Under the pieces are notes generated by a model that saw only the letters and a list, made by a program, of their open reading frames with translations, searched no databases and was not told the origin of the DNA. 64,000 nucleotides of DNA, taken from NCBI GenBank assembly GCA_051875415.1, contig JBJEGU010000047.1, forward strand, positions 48,689 through 112,688, read 5' to 3'. Below, one piece after another: positions 29,473 through 38,865 of the stretch. This DNA is from Marinilabiliaceae bacterium. GTDB taxonomy: Bacteria; Bacteroidota; Bacteroidia; Bacteroidales; Marinilabiliaceae. The first letter of the stretch is position 1; every line of letters begins with the position of its first letter. Position numbers and translations under genes: made by a program.

Positions 29473-30609
29473 ATGGAACTTTTCGACGTATACAGCCTCT
29501 TCGACGTCGTGCCAGTCAAGGCCAAAGGATGCCATGTGTGGGACGACAAGGGTACGGAGTACCTCGACCTCTATGGCGGTCACGCTGTTATCTCCATAGG
29601 CCATTCGCACCCCAAGTACATCAAGGCTATCACCGACCAGGTCAACAAGATTGCCTTCTACTCCAATAGCGTCATAAACCCGCTCCAGTCCGTCCTGGCG
29701 CGCAAGATTGGCGAGCTCAGCGGCTACTCCGACTACAGCTTCTTCGTCATCAATAGCGGTGCCGAGGCCAACGAGAACTGCCTCAAGCTCGCCTCGTTCG
29801 CCACGGGGCGCAGGAAGGTTGTCGCCTTCCGTCGCAGCTTCCACGGCCGCACGAGCGGTGCGGTAGCCGTCACTGACAACCCCAAAATCAACTCGCCTTT
29901 CAACCTCCAGCACGAGGTCTGCTGGGCTGAGCTGAACAACCTCGCCTCGGTGGCGCAGTATGTCGAGAATGACGACATCGCGGCCGTCATAATCGAGGGA
30001 GTCCAGGGCTGTGGCGGCATCCACATCCCCGACGCTCAGTTCATGAAGGATCTCCTCGCCCTCTGCCATGCCCACGGCACTAAGCTCATTGTCGATGAGA
30101 TTCAGAGCGGCTATGGCCGCACGGGCAAGTTCTTCGCCCATCAGCACTACGGCATCAAGCCCGACCTCATCTCCATGGCCAAGGGCATCGCCAACGGTTT
30201 CCCTGTCGGAGCAGTGCTCATCAGCCCGGAGTTCGAGGCTGTCAAGGGCATGCTTGGCACCACTTTCGGCGGCAACTATCTTGGCATGGCCGCCGCTATT
30301 GCAGTGGCCGACGTCTATAAGGAGGAGGGGCTGGAAAAGAACTCGGCCGAGGTCGGTCAGTACATCCTCGACAAGCTGAAGGCTATGCCCGACAATGGCC
30401 GGATTAAAGAGATCCGCGGCCTGGGTCTCATGGTCGGCATTGAGTTCAACGAGCCAGTGTCGCCCATCCGTCAGAAGCTCCTCTACGAGCATCACATTTT
30501 CACGGGCGTGGCCGGTCAGAACATGGTCCGCATCCTGCCCCCGCTCTGCCTCACGAAGGCCAATGTCGACACCTTCATTGCCGCCCTCACGGAGGTGCTG
30601 GCAAAATAG
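29473..30609 (+). CDS. argD: acetyl/succinyl-ornithine aminotransferase
   Basis: Class III aminotransferase. Motifs include DEIQSGYGRTGKFFA, with the PLP Lys in DLISMAKG. Confidence 0.9.
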   Translation: MELFDVYSLFDVVPVKAKGCHVWDDKGTEYLDLYGGHAVISIGHSHPKYIKAITDQVNKIAFYSNSVINPLQSVLARKIGELSGYSDYSFFVINSGAEANENCLKLASFATGRRKVVAFRRSFHGRTSGAVAVTDNPKINSPFNLQHEVCWAELNNLASVAQYVENDDIAAVIIEGVQGCGGIHIPDAQFMKDLLALCHAHGTKLIVDEIQSGYGRTGKFFAHQHYGIKPDLISMAKGIANGFPVGAVLISPEFEAVKGMLGTTFGGNYLGMAAAIAVADVYKEEGLEKNSAEVGQYILDKLKAMPDNGRIKEIRGLGLMVGIEFNEPVSPIRQKLLYEHHIFTGVAGQNMVRILPPLCLTKANVDTFIAALTEVLAK

Positions 30610-30650
30610 CGGCTTGAGGCATTATCTCCATTCTGCTGTCAAGTTTTTTC

Positions 30651-30685
30651 GCCAAGCTGCGCAAGTCGCGTGGCTTGGTTTTTTT
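30651..30685 (+). terminator. intrinsic terminator after argD
   Basis: CCAAGC...GCTTGG followed by TTTTTTT. Confidence 0.55.
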
Positions 30686-30720
30686 GCGCCCGATAAATTC
30701 GGTTGCCCAATTGATTTCTT

Positions 30721-31839
30721 ATGACAATGCTGTCCGCCGCCCTATGGGTGGCTCTTGTGCCTTACTGCCTCGTGGTCGCGGCTTGCGCTTTCCTTTTTGT
30801 CCGCTCCGTGAGGCGGAGGCGGAAAGCCGTCGAGGCTGACTGCACTGGAAAGTCACCGCTCAGTGTCGTCATGTGCACGTGCGACGCCGACGCTGCCACA
30901 TGCGCGGAGAATATGCGATGCGTTGCGTCGTCGCTCCGTGCCGATGACTCGCTGATTGTCGTGGCCGACCATGTCTCAGCCCGTTCGCTCGACATGTTGC
31001 GGCGTGCTGCTGTGGCTTGTGGAAGTGTCAGGGTCGTTGAGAATGATGGACTGAGGGGGAAGAAGAATGCGCAGAGGACTGGTGTGCGGATGGCGGCGGG
31101 CGATATCATTGTCTCTGCCGATGCTGATTGCCGTGTAGATGTGCGTTTTGCTGAGGCTGTGCGGATGTCTGCATATGAGTTTGGTGGCAAGCCCTTTATG
31201 CTCCTCCTGCCCGTCGAGATGCGCGGCGGCGGGTCTCTTCTTGGCCGCCTTATGGAGCTTGAGTTCGGTTGCCTGCAAGTCGTGACGGCCGGCACGGCAT
31301 TGTCCGGCAGCCCTACCATGGCCAACGGGGCCGGCATGGCATTCTCCAAATGCCTCTACGAGGGGCATGATTCGAGGCCCGAGTACGCATCGGGCGACGA
31401 TATGTTCCTCCTCGCCCATGCCTTGCGCTCCGGCGCTCCGGTGCGCTATCTGCCCGCTCGCGAGGCTGTCGTCTCGTCCGTCGTGCCGCCTGGCCTCGGG
31501 GCTTATCTGCGGCAGCGGACGCGCTGGCTTGGCAAGGCTGGCGGTTATCGCTCTGCGGGGGTGATAGCGTTGGCTCTCGTGGTCTTTGCCGCCGTCATGT
31601 CATGGCCTGTGGCGGCCGTGGCTGCCGCCCTCGGACTGGCGTCGTGGCGGTCGGCCGTCGGGCTTTTTGCCGTCAAGCTTATGGCCGACGCGTCTGCTTG
31701 TGCGGCGTGGCTCATTTTCAGGAATGGGTGGCGCGGGCTTAAATCTCTATGGCTCAGTCTTCCGCTTGAACTTCTTTATCCGCTTATGGCGGTCGTCGTA
31801 GCCTGTCGGGCGGCGGTTGCCGACAGGTCGAGGTGGTAA
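30721..31839 (+). CDS. integral-membrane family 2 glycosyltransferase with a Q-x-x-R-W motif
   Basis: N-terminal TM helix. GT2 core has DADC and GDDMFL motifs, then QRTRWLGK (QxxRW), followed by 3-4 C-terminal TM helices. Confidence 0.75.
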   Translation: MTMLSAALWVALVPYCLVVAACAFLFVRSVRRRRKAVEADCTGKSPLSVVMCTCDADAATCAENMRCVASSLRADDSLIVVADHVSARSLDMLRRAAVACGSVRVVENDGLRGKKNAQRTGVRMAAGDIIVSADADCRVDVRFAEAVRMSAYEFGGKPFMLLLPVEMRGGGSLLGRLMELEFGCLQVVTAGTALSGSPTMANGAGMAFSKCLYEGHDSRPEYASGDDMFLLAHALRSGAPVRYLPAREAVVSSVVPPGLGAYLRQRTRWLGKAGGYRSAGVIALALVVFAAVMSWPVAAVAAALGLASWRSAVGLFAVKLMADASACAAWLIFRNGWRGLKSLWLSLPLELLYPLMAVVVACRAAVADRSRW

Positions 31840-31842
31840 AAG

Positions 31843-31874
31843 AAAACCCTGCCGTTGGCAAACGGCAGGGTTTT
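31843..31874. terminator. bidirectional terminator between convergent genes
   Basis: Perfect hairpin AAAACCCTGCCGTT-GGCA-AACGGCAGGGTTTT, flanked by A and T runs. Confidence 0.65.
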
Positions 31875-31897
31875 AATTTTAGGCGTTCACTCAGCCT

Positions 31898-33637
31898 CTA
31901 TCGGATGTTGAACTTGGCTGTGAAAGCTCGGCCGGCATTGTCCACCGCTTTCACGATGTATATGCCTTTGGCTGTCGCTCCGACATTGACTTCCGTGGCG
32001 TTCTGGGCGGACTTCACGAGGTTGCCGGCGGCGGAGTATATCCTCACGCTCCTCATCTCCTCAGTGAAACGAACCGCGCCATTGTCGCCTGCGACGATGC
32101 CTCGGGCGGCGTCATTGACAAGGTCGACTGACGTCGGCGGTGTGACAGGCTTCTTCTCATTGGCAATGTACGGCGTCACCTCGAAGATGCTGTAGCCGTA
32201 GTTGGTGGCTGGGACAGCGCACGCCACTTTGATGTACCTGACCGCCTCTTCCTCGTCGCCCTTCACGCGGTAGAGGTGGTTGACTATGCCAAGCTCCCTC
32301 GTCTCGCCTCCGAGCGACGTGTAGCTCTCGCCGTCGGCCGATACCTCTATGGTGTACTCGGCAGCGCATGCGCCCTCCCACGTCACGCCAATGGCGACCA
32401 GATTCATACTCTCGCCCAAATCCACTATGAGCGACTCCTCTTTGGCCACGCCGGTCTCAGTGCCTTCCGATGCCCAGCGTGAGCCGAGGTCGTTGTCTAT
32501 GGCCTTGTCGGCCGTCATGTTGGCGTCGGCGTTCTCCGACGATGCCGTGGCCGTCATTCCGCCCACGACCTGTTTAGCGTCTATGACCTCGACTGTGAAC
32601 GAGGCGGAGACTTCCCCGGCCGTAGCTTTCAACGTCTTCGTGCCGGCCTCGTCCCATTTGACGGTCTTTGCCGCCTCGTCCAGTGTGCCGCCGTCCAGGT
32701 CGTATGTCACTGCAGGGTTGTCAATAAGGCCGTCGTACTGGTCGTAGGCCTCAAGCGAGAATTTGACGGCCTCGCCAGTGAGGAAAATGTCCGACCAGTT
32801 GCTGGTCGTTGCGTTCTCCATCACCCTGTCCACGCTTATTGAGGCGGCTTTGCGGGCTTCCCTAACCTCGACTGTGGCCTTGCCCTCTTTTGTGGTACCG
32901 CCGATGGTTGCCGTGGCTGTCACGGTGTACGATCCCGTTGCCGTGGCGGTGAATACGCCGTTAGCGTCTACCGCCGCTCCCTCGGCGGGCTCCACGCTCC
33001 ATATGAACGATGTGCCGGAGATCCCGATGCCTTTCCCTGATGTGGCGAAGGCATTGAGAGCCAGCTTGTCGCCCGCATAGTTGATTGATGTCGCGGGTGT
33101 GACAATCACGTTGCTCAGTTCGTCACTGCCGTCGGGGTCATACGTGCCGACGCCGTAGACTTCGAACTCGGCGAAGTTGTGGTCCCAGCCGCCGCTCGCG
33201 AGTCCCTTGTAGCGGACGTAGCGCGCGGGCTTTAAGGCGAACTCGTGGTCGTTGAACTCGTTCTCGCCGCCAGTGGGGATGACCGCGTTGTCCACTACCT
33301 TGTCCCAGTCGATACCGTTGAGCGACACCTCAATGTCGTACGTCGCCCCCCTGGCTCCGGCATCGCCCGCCATCCGGACTACGACCCTGTTCACGACGTA
33401 CGCGTCGCCAAGGTCCACGCTCCACCATTCGTCCGCCACGCCCTGCGTACTCCTCCAGCGCGTGCCGAGGTTGCCGTCATTGCCGTCGGATGCCGTTCCG
33501 TTAGAGGATGTGGCCTCCTTGTTCAGAGCCAAGTTGGCTTGTGCGTCAAACTCCGGAGTTGTCTCCTGAGCGTAGGCTTGCGCGCCTGCCATGCACAGCG
33601 CGCCAGCCAATAGAAATCCTGTAAACTTTCTTTTCAT
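31898..33637 (-). CDS. T9SS cargo protein: two F5/8 type C (discoidin) domains, Big_2-like Ig domains and a C-terminal sorting domain
   Basis: Signal peptide ..AQAYAQ. Discoidin-like segments are LGTRWRS..WWSVDLG and LGSRWASEG..LIVDLG. The C-terminus VRIYSAAGNLVKS...GIYIVKAVDNAGRAFTAKFNIR is typical of a Por_Secre_tail domain. Confidence 0.8.
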   Translation of the reverse strand: MKRKFTGFLLAGALCMAGAQAYAQETTPEFDAQANLALNKEATSSNGTASDGNDGNLGTRWRSTQGVADEWWSVDLGDAYVVNRVVVRMAGDAGARGATYDIEVSLNGIDWDKVVDNAVIPTGGENEFNDHEFALKPARYVRYKGLASGGWDHNFAEFEVYGVGTYDPDGSDELSNVIVTPATSINYAGDKLALNAFATSGKGIGISGTSFIWSVEPAEGAAVDANGVFTATATGSYTVTATATIGGTTKEGKATVEVREARKAASISVDRVMENATTSNWSDIFLTGEAVKFSLEAYDQYDGLIDNPAVTYDLDGGTLDEAAKTVKWDEAGTKTLKATAGEVSASFTVEVIDAKQVVGGMTATASSENADANMTADKAIDNDLGSRWASEGTETGVAKEESLIVDLGESMNLVAIGVTWEGACAAEYTIEVSADGESYTSLGGETRELGIVNHLYRVKGDEEEAVRYIKVACAVPATNYGYSIFEVTPYIANEKKPVTPPTSVDLVNDAARGIVAGDNGAVRFTEEMRSVRIYSAAGNLVKSAQNATEVNVGATAKGIYIVKAVDNAGRAFTAKFNIR

Positions 33638-33878
33638 AAGCTGATAGTTTAAAAAAGATATTAAGTTTACGGTTTCCGCGTCTCACGACGCTTGTTGGTC
33701 TTGATACTAATTTATGAAAAAATTAGCATACTATCAGCATTTGTTTGTGCAATAATCGGAAAAACGGGCCATGCCCATTGCGCTGTACCCGATTTTGGGT
33801 GGTCACTCCCGCTTATCCACCCTTCCTTGGCCATTGCCATAGGGTGAATTTTGAAAATATATTAAGGGGGATGCGCCC

Positions 33879-34433
33879 CTACCCTATCTTCTTGACCACC
33901 CGGGCCGGATTGCCCACCGCCACGGAGTCTGCCGGGATGTCCTTCACTACCACGCTGCCCGCCCCTATGACACACCTGTCGCCTATCGTCACGCCCGGGC
34001 ATATGGTCACGCCCCCGCCAATCCACACGCTGTCGCCAATGGTCACGGGCTCTGCCCACTCGGTACCCTTATTGCGCTCCGCGGCCTCAAGCGGGTGGCA
34101 AGCCGTGTAGATGCCCACGTTCGGGCCTATGAAGCAGTTCGCGCCTATGGTCACGCGAGCCTCGTCAAGTATCGTAAGGTTGAAATTGGCGAAGAAGTCC
34201 TCGCCGACTGATATGTTGCACCCGTAGTCGCAGCGGAACGGCTGCATTATGCTGAGCCGCTCGCCCGTCTTGCCAAGCACTTTCCTGATTATCGCGTCAA
34301 GTTTTGCAGTCTCCGTCGGGCGGCACGTGTTGAAGTCGTGCAGCGCGTCGCGGGTGGCCCGCAGCTTGTCCCAGAACTCAGGCGTGGCGGCCGCATATGG
34401 CTCGCCGGCGAGCATCTTCTCCCATTCGGTCAT
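33879..34433 (-). CDS. maa: maltose/galactoside O-acetyltransferase (hexapeptide repeat)
   Basis: N-terminal Mac domain MLAGEPY, followed by left-handed beta-helix repeats (IGDSVWIGGGVTICPGVTIGDRCVIGAGSVV). Confidence 0.85.
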   Translation of the reverse strand: MTEWEKMLAGEPYAAATPEFWDKLRATRDALHDFNTCRPTETAKLDAIIRKVLGKTGERLSIMQPFRCDYGCNISVGEDFFANFNLTILDEARVTIGANCFIGPNVGIYTACHPLEAAERNKGTEWAEPVTIGDSVWIGGGVTICPGVTIGDRCVIGAGSVVVKDIPADSVAVGNPARVVKKIG

Positions 34434-34906
34434 ATCCTTCCTTTTTTTATCTGCTCTATGATTCCCTCAGCGGCGTCCTCCACGAGGTCGAGGGCGAAGT
34501 CGAAGTCTGCCTCGTCGCCGTAGTAGGGGTCGGGGATTGACTTCTGCCCCTTGTGGGCTGTCAGGAAGTCCGCCATGAGCCTTATCCTCCCTCTGGCCTC
34601 GTCGGTCGGGGCGAGGCGGCGGAGGTCGGCCATGTTCTGGGCGTCCATGCCCATTATTATGTCGAAGTCGCCGAAGTCGGCGGCCCGCACCTGCCTCGCC
34701 CTGTGCGAGAAGTCGTAGCCCCTCTTGCGGCCGCATTGGCGCATCCTGACGTCGGGCAGCTGCCCCACGTGCCATGCCCCTATGCCGGCCGAGTCTACGC
34801 GGAGGTCGAGTCCCGCCTCCTCCGCCTTCTTGCGCATGACGCCGTCGGCGGCCGGGCTGCGGCATATGTTGCCGAGGCATACGAAAAGTATCGATTTCAC
34901 TGTCAT
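34430..34906 (-). CDS. low-molecular-weight protein-tyrosine phosphatase
   Basis: Active-site motif CLGNICRSP and the DPYY loop. 158 aa. 4-nt overlap with maa. Confidence 0.88.
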   Translation of the reverse strand: MTVKSILFVCLGNICRSPAADGVMRKKAEEAGLDLRVDSAGIGAWHVGQLPDVRMRQCGRKRGYDFSHRARQVRAADFGDFDIIMGMDAQNMADLRRLAPTDEARGRIRLMADFLTAHKGQKSIPDPYYGDEADFDFALDLVEDAAEGIIEQIKKGRI

Positions 34907-34916
34907 AGGACGATTG

Positions 34917-36467
34917 TTAGGCGGGCGTGCTGCCCCACGTGTCGCGGTCGAGCGACCTGTATTGTATGGCTTCGGAGATGTGGCGCGCCTCCACGGCCTG
35001 GCTCTTGTCGAGGTCCGCTATGGTGCGCGCCACCTTCAGGATCCTGTCGTAGGCGCGGGCCGAGAGTCCGAGCTTCTCCATGGCCATCTTGAGTATCATC
35101 TGTCCCTGCTCGTCGGGCTTGGCGTATGTGCTGAGCATCCGCGGCGTCATCTGGGCGTTGCAGTGGACGCCCTTGCTCCGCTTGAAACGCTCGCTCTGGA
35201 TGGCGCGCGCCTCCACCACCCTCTTGCGGATCTCCGCGCTCGGCTCGCCCTGAGGCGCGTCGTTCAGCTTGCCCACAGGCACGGGTACGACCTCGATGTG
35301 GAGGTCGATGCGGTCCAGCAGAGGTCCCGAGATCCGCCCGAGGTATTTCTTCACCTGTCCCTCGGAGCATGAGCAACGCCTCGCGGGCGAGTTGAAGTAG
35401 CCGCACGGGCACGGGTTCATCGACGCCACGAGCATGAACGAGGCGGGGTACTCCACTGAGAATTTTGAGCGCGAGATGGTTATCTTCCTGTCTTCCAAGG
35501 GCTGCCTCATGACCTCGAGCACCGAGCGTTTGAACTCGGGCAGCTCGTCGAGGAAGAGAACGCCGTTGTGGCTGAGGCTTATCTCGCCCGGCTGTGGGAA
35601 TGTGCCGCCGCCTACGAGGGCCACGTCGCTTATCGTGTGGTGGGGACTGCGGAACGGGCGGGTAGTCATGAGTGCCATCTCGCTCTTTATGTTGCCGGCC
35701 ACGGAGTGTATCTTGGTCGTTTCGAGGGCCTCGTCGAGCGTCAGGGGCGGCAATATGCTGGGCAGCCTTTTGGCCATCATGCTCTTGCCGGAGCCGGGCG
35801 AGCCTATGAGCAGTATGTTGTGTCCGCCTGCGGCGGCTATCTCAAGCGCCCTCTTGACGTTCTCCTGTCCCTTGACGTCGGCAAAGTCGAGCAAGTCCGC
35901 CTCCTGCTGCCTGTTGAACTCGGCCTCGGTGTCTATCACGGTCTGGCTCAGGGCGTCGTCGTTGCCGCTGAGGAATTCCGCGACCTCTTTGAGAGTGTCG
36001 GCACCCAGCACCTTCAGCCCCTCGACCACGGCCGCCTCCTTGGCGTTGGCGCGGGGCAGGATGAAGCCCTCGAAGCCGTCGCTCTTGGCTTTGAGGGCCA
36101 TGGGCAGCACTCCCCTGATGGCCTTCAGCTGCCCGTCGAGCGACAGCTCGCCCATCATGACGTAGCGCCCGAGCCTCTCCGCCGCGCATTGACCCGACGC
36201 TGCCAGGATCCCCACGGCCAGTGGCAAGTCGTAGGCCGAGCCCTCTTTGCGGATGTCGGCCGGCGCCATGTTGATGACGATGCGCTGCTGCGGATATTTC
36301 CACCCGTTCTCGCGGATGGCGCTGTCTATGCGCTGCTCGCTCTCCTTGACCGCGCTGTCCGGCAGTCCGACAAGGAAGAACTTTATGCCGGCCGATATGT
36401 TGACCTCCATGGTGACGGTTATGGCGTCTATGCCGCTCACGGCGCTCCCGTATGTCTTTACGAGCAT
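34917..36467 (-). CDS. YifB/ComM family Mg-chelatase-like AAA+ ATPase
   Basis: 516 aa. Walker A motif GSPGSGKSM, Walker B motif LFLDELPEF, and a C-terminal ComM domain. Confidence 0.92.
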   Translation of the reverse strand: MLVKTYGSAVSGIDAITVTMEVNISAGIKFFLVGLPDSAVKESEQRIDSAIRENGWKYPQQRIVINMAPADIRKEGSAYDLPLAVGILAASGQCAAERLGRYVMMGELSLDGQLKAIRGVLPMALKAKSDGFEGFILPRANAKEAAVVEGLKVLGADTLKEVAEFLSGNDDALSQTVIDTEAEFNRQQEADLLDFADVKGQENVKRALEIAAAGGHNILLIGSPGSGKSMMAKRLPSILPPLTLDEALETTKIHSVAGNIKSEMALMTTRPFRSPHHTISDVALVGGGTFPQPGEISLSHNGVLFLDELPEFKRSVLEVMRQPLEDRKITISRSKFSVEYPASFMLVASMNPCPCGYFNSPARRCSCSEGQVKKYLGRISGPLLDRIDLHIEVVPVPVGKLNDAPQGEPSAEIRKRVVEARAIQSERFKRSKGVHCNAQMTPRMLSTYAKPDEQGQMILKMAMEKLGLSARAYDRILKVARTIADLDKSQAVEARHISEAIQYRSLDRDTWGSTPA

Positions 36468-36510
36468 TGGCGTTCGCTTTGTTAGGTGGGTTAATGTCTT
36501 GTCCTTTACT

Positions 36511-37314
36511 CTATTCCGCCCCCGCCGCGGCTCGCCCAGTCGGCTTCGCCACGCCCTCCACTATCCCTATTGAGAAGAGGGCGAAGTCGTAGCGGACGGG
36601 GTCGCCCGGGCATAAGGCTGCGAGGGCCGAGGTGAGCTCCGCCGCCGCTTTCCAGTCGTCCTGCTTGCGCGTGAGGAGTCCGAGGGCGCGTGATGTCCGC
36701 CCCGTGTGGACGTCGAGCGGCATTATCAGCTTTGAGGGGCTTATGCTTTTCCAGATGCCGAAGTCTACGCCGCGGGCTGACGGGCGGACCATCCAGCGGG
36801 CGAACATGCAGAGCCTTTTGGCGGCCGCGCCACGGCCGGCGTCGGCAATGTGCTTACGGGTCCGCTCGGCGATGTGGGGCACGAGGGCGCCGCGCAGGCG
36901 GATGAGTCCTTCGCGCAGAGTCTCGCCCTCGCGCGGCGCTACGAGTCTCTCCAGCCCGCCCTCGGGGTCGGACTCATATATGGCGCGCAGGGCGCGGACC
37001 ATCGATGGCAGGTCCTCTTTCTGGAATGTGCGGTAGACGAAAGACGAGAGGCGGTCGATGTCGGACTCGGAGGCCGACATGACGAAGTCGTAGGGGTCGG
37101 AGCCGAGACGGTCGGCCATCTCGCCCGCGCTCTTGACTATGGCCTTCCTGTTGCCCCACGCTATGGTAGAGGCCAGGAGGCCGGTTATCTCTATGTCTTG
37201 CCGGCGTGAGTATCTGTGGGGGATGGATATCGGGTCGGGCTCGATGAACTCGGGCCTCTCATATTGCTCTACTTTCCTGTCGAGCAGCTCTTTAAGCTCG
37301 GTGTCTATGCTCAT
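36511..37314 (-). CDS. TIGR02757 / DUF2400 family protein
   Basis: 267 aa. The pattern PHRYS..QDIEITGLLASTIAWGNRKAI matches my memory of this conserved uncharacterised family. Confidence 0.7.
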   Translation of the reverse strand: MSIDTELKELLDRKVEQYERPEFIEPDPISIPHRYSRRQDIEITGLLASTIAWGNRKAIVKSAGEMADRLGSDPYDFVMSASESDIDRLSSFVYRTFQKEDLPSMVRALRAIYESDPEGGLERLVAPREGETLREGLIRLRGALVPHIAERTRKHIADAGRGAAAKRLCMFARWMVRPSARGVDFGIWKSISPSKLIMPLDVHTGRTSRALGLLTRKQDDWKAAAELTSALAALCPGDPVRYDFALFSIGIVEGVAKPTGRAAAGAE

Positions 37315-37347
37315 TGGCGGGAGGCTCGGGGCTTGGCTTTGGGGAGT

Positions 37348-38025
37348 TTATTCGGCGGCTATCAGCCCGTCTTTCATCATTATCATCCGGTCGCACGTCG
37401 AGGCCAGGCGCATGTCGTGGGTGACTATGGCGAACGTCTGGCCGAACTTCTCCCTGAGCGAGAAGAAGAGGCTCTGCAGCTCGTCGGCGTTGTGCGAGTC
37501 GAGGTTGCCGCTCGGCTCGTCGGCGAAGACCACTGCGGGGTTGTTCATAAGCGCGCGGGCTATGGCCGCCCTCTGTTTCTCGCCGCCGCTCATCTCGGCG
37601 GGCTTGTGGCCCGTCCTGTGCGAGAGGTTGAGGAACGTGAGCAGCTCGGCGGCTTTGTCCTCGGCCTCGTCTCGCGGCGCGCCGCCAATGAGTGCGGGCA
37701 TCATTACGTTCTCAAGGGCCGTGAACTCTGGCAGCAGCTGGTGGAATTGGAATACGAAGCCGATTTTCTTGTTGCGGAAGGCAGCGAGGCTCTTGCCGCT
37801 TAGGCGCGACACTTCTGTCCCGTCTATCATGACGGAGCCCGACGTCGGGCGGTCCAGGGTGCCGAGAATCTGAAGTAGCGTGGTCTTGCCCGCTCCGCTC
37901 GCTCCCGTTATGGCCACCACCTCGCCTTGGCGGATGTCAAGGTCGATGCCTTTGAGCACCTCCAGCTCGCCGAAGCGTTTCGTGACGCCCCGCGCCATGA
38001 CCATCGTTGTGTCCTGCCTCTCCAT
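37348..38025 (-). CDS. lolD: ABC transporter ATP-binding protein, LolD/MacB-type
   Basis: Walker [10 protein letters not shown], signature LSGGEKQR and Walker B VVFADEP. 225 aa. Confidence 0.8.
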   Translation of the reverse strand: MERQDTTMVMARGVTKRFGELEVLKGIDLDIRQGEVVAITGASGAGKTTLLQILGTLDRPTSGSVMIDGTEVSRLSGKSLAAFRNKKIGFVFQFHQLLPEFTALENVMMPALIGGAPRDEAEDKAAELLTFLNLSHRTGHKPAEMSGGEKQRAAIARALMNNPAVVFADEPSGNLDSHNADELQSLFFSLREKFGQTFAIVTHDMRLASTCDRMIMMKDGLIAAE

Positions 38026-38056
38026 TCTCCGCTCGTTTTTTATGTGCTTCCGGCCT

Positions 38057-38485
38057 CTACGCCATCTCGGGCGTCGCGACCTTCATTTTGCCGTGGGCTA
38101 TGACCTCGTCGCCCACGCGGACGGTAATCCCCATGAGTGAGACGTCGCCTATGCGGGCCTCCATCTTGATGGTCGTCCGGATGTCTTCGCCCACCTTGGG
38201 CAGTCGCGCTATCTCATATTTGTTTATCGACCCGATGAGGCCGATGGGCACGGCGAGGCCGCGGCTTATGAAGTCGTAGCCTATGTGCAGCGCGCCGCTT
38301 TGCGCCGTGTGCTCGATGAGCGCGCCGTCCATAAGGTGTCCGCGTTCCACGAAGATGCTGTCGGGGGGTATCGTGAGGCCGGTCTCGGACTCGTCGTCGG
38401 TGAAACTGTAGAGCTTGTCGACCATTACGATGGGTTCGCGCTGCGGGATGTAGCCGCATATCTGGTCTTTGCCGTTGAGTAGCAT
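38057..38485 (-). CDS. FabZ/ApeI-like hotdog-fold (3-hydroxyacyl-ACP) dehydratase
   Basis: [11 protein letters not shown] resembles the FabZ LPHRYPFLLVD, and [10 protein letters not shown] resembles the FabZ central-helix motif. 142 aa. Confidence 0.6.
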   Translation of the reverse strand: MLLNGKDQICGYIPQREPIVMVDKLYSFTDDESETGLTIPPDSIFVERGHLMDGALIEHTAQSGALHIGYDFISRGLAVPIGLIGSINKYEIARLPKVGEDIRTTIKMEARIGDVSLMGITVRVGDEVIAHGKMKVATPEMA

Positions 38486-38580
38486 TGCGTTCCTTTGCTT
38501 AAGATGTTGAGTTTTTAAGAGAAAAGAGCCACGCGGCGGTTGTCGTCCCGCGGCGTGGCTTTCCTATTGTGCGCTGGGTG

Positions 38581-38820
38581 TCAACGCTTTGCGCTTATGA
38601 GTTCCGCAAGGTCGCCGAATGTGGCGGCTCCGGCCATGTCCTCCCTTGTCAGCTTGACGCCGAAGAGGCGGTCGACGATGACGGCGAGGTCCACCATGTC
38701 GAGGCTGTCGAGCCCGACGTCCGACACTATGGAGGCGTCCGGCGTCATCTTGGCCTTGTCAATCTCAAATTCTTCGGCCACGGCGTCGCTCAGTAGCCGT
38801 CTTATCTCTTCGCTATCCAA
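38581..38820 (-). CDS. specialised acyl carrier protein
   Basis: 79 aa. Phosphopantetheine site DVGLDSLDMVDL. Clearly different from housekeeping AcpP. TTG start in the track. Confidence 0.8.
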   Translation of the reverse strand: MDSEEIRRLLSDAVAEEFEIDKAKMTPDASIVSDVGLDSLDMVDLAVIVDRLFGVKLTREDMAGAATFGDLAELISAKR

Positions 38821-38865
38821 AACGTCGGTTTTATTGTTTGGCGGGGCGGATTGGGCCTGCGCGGC

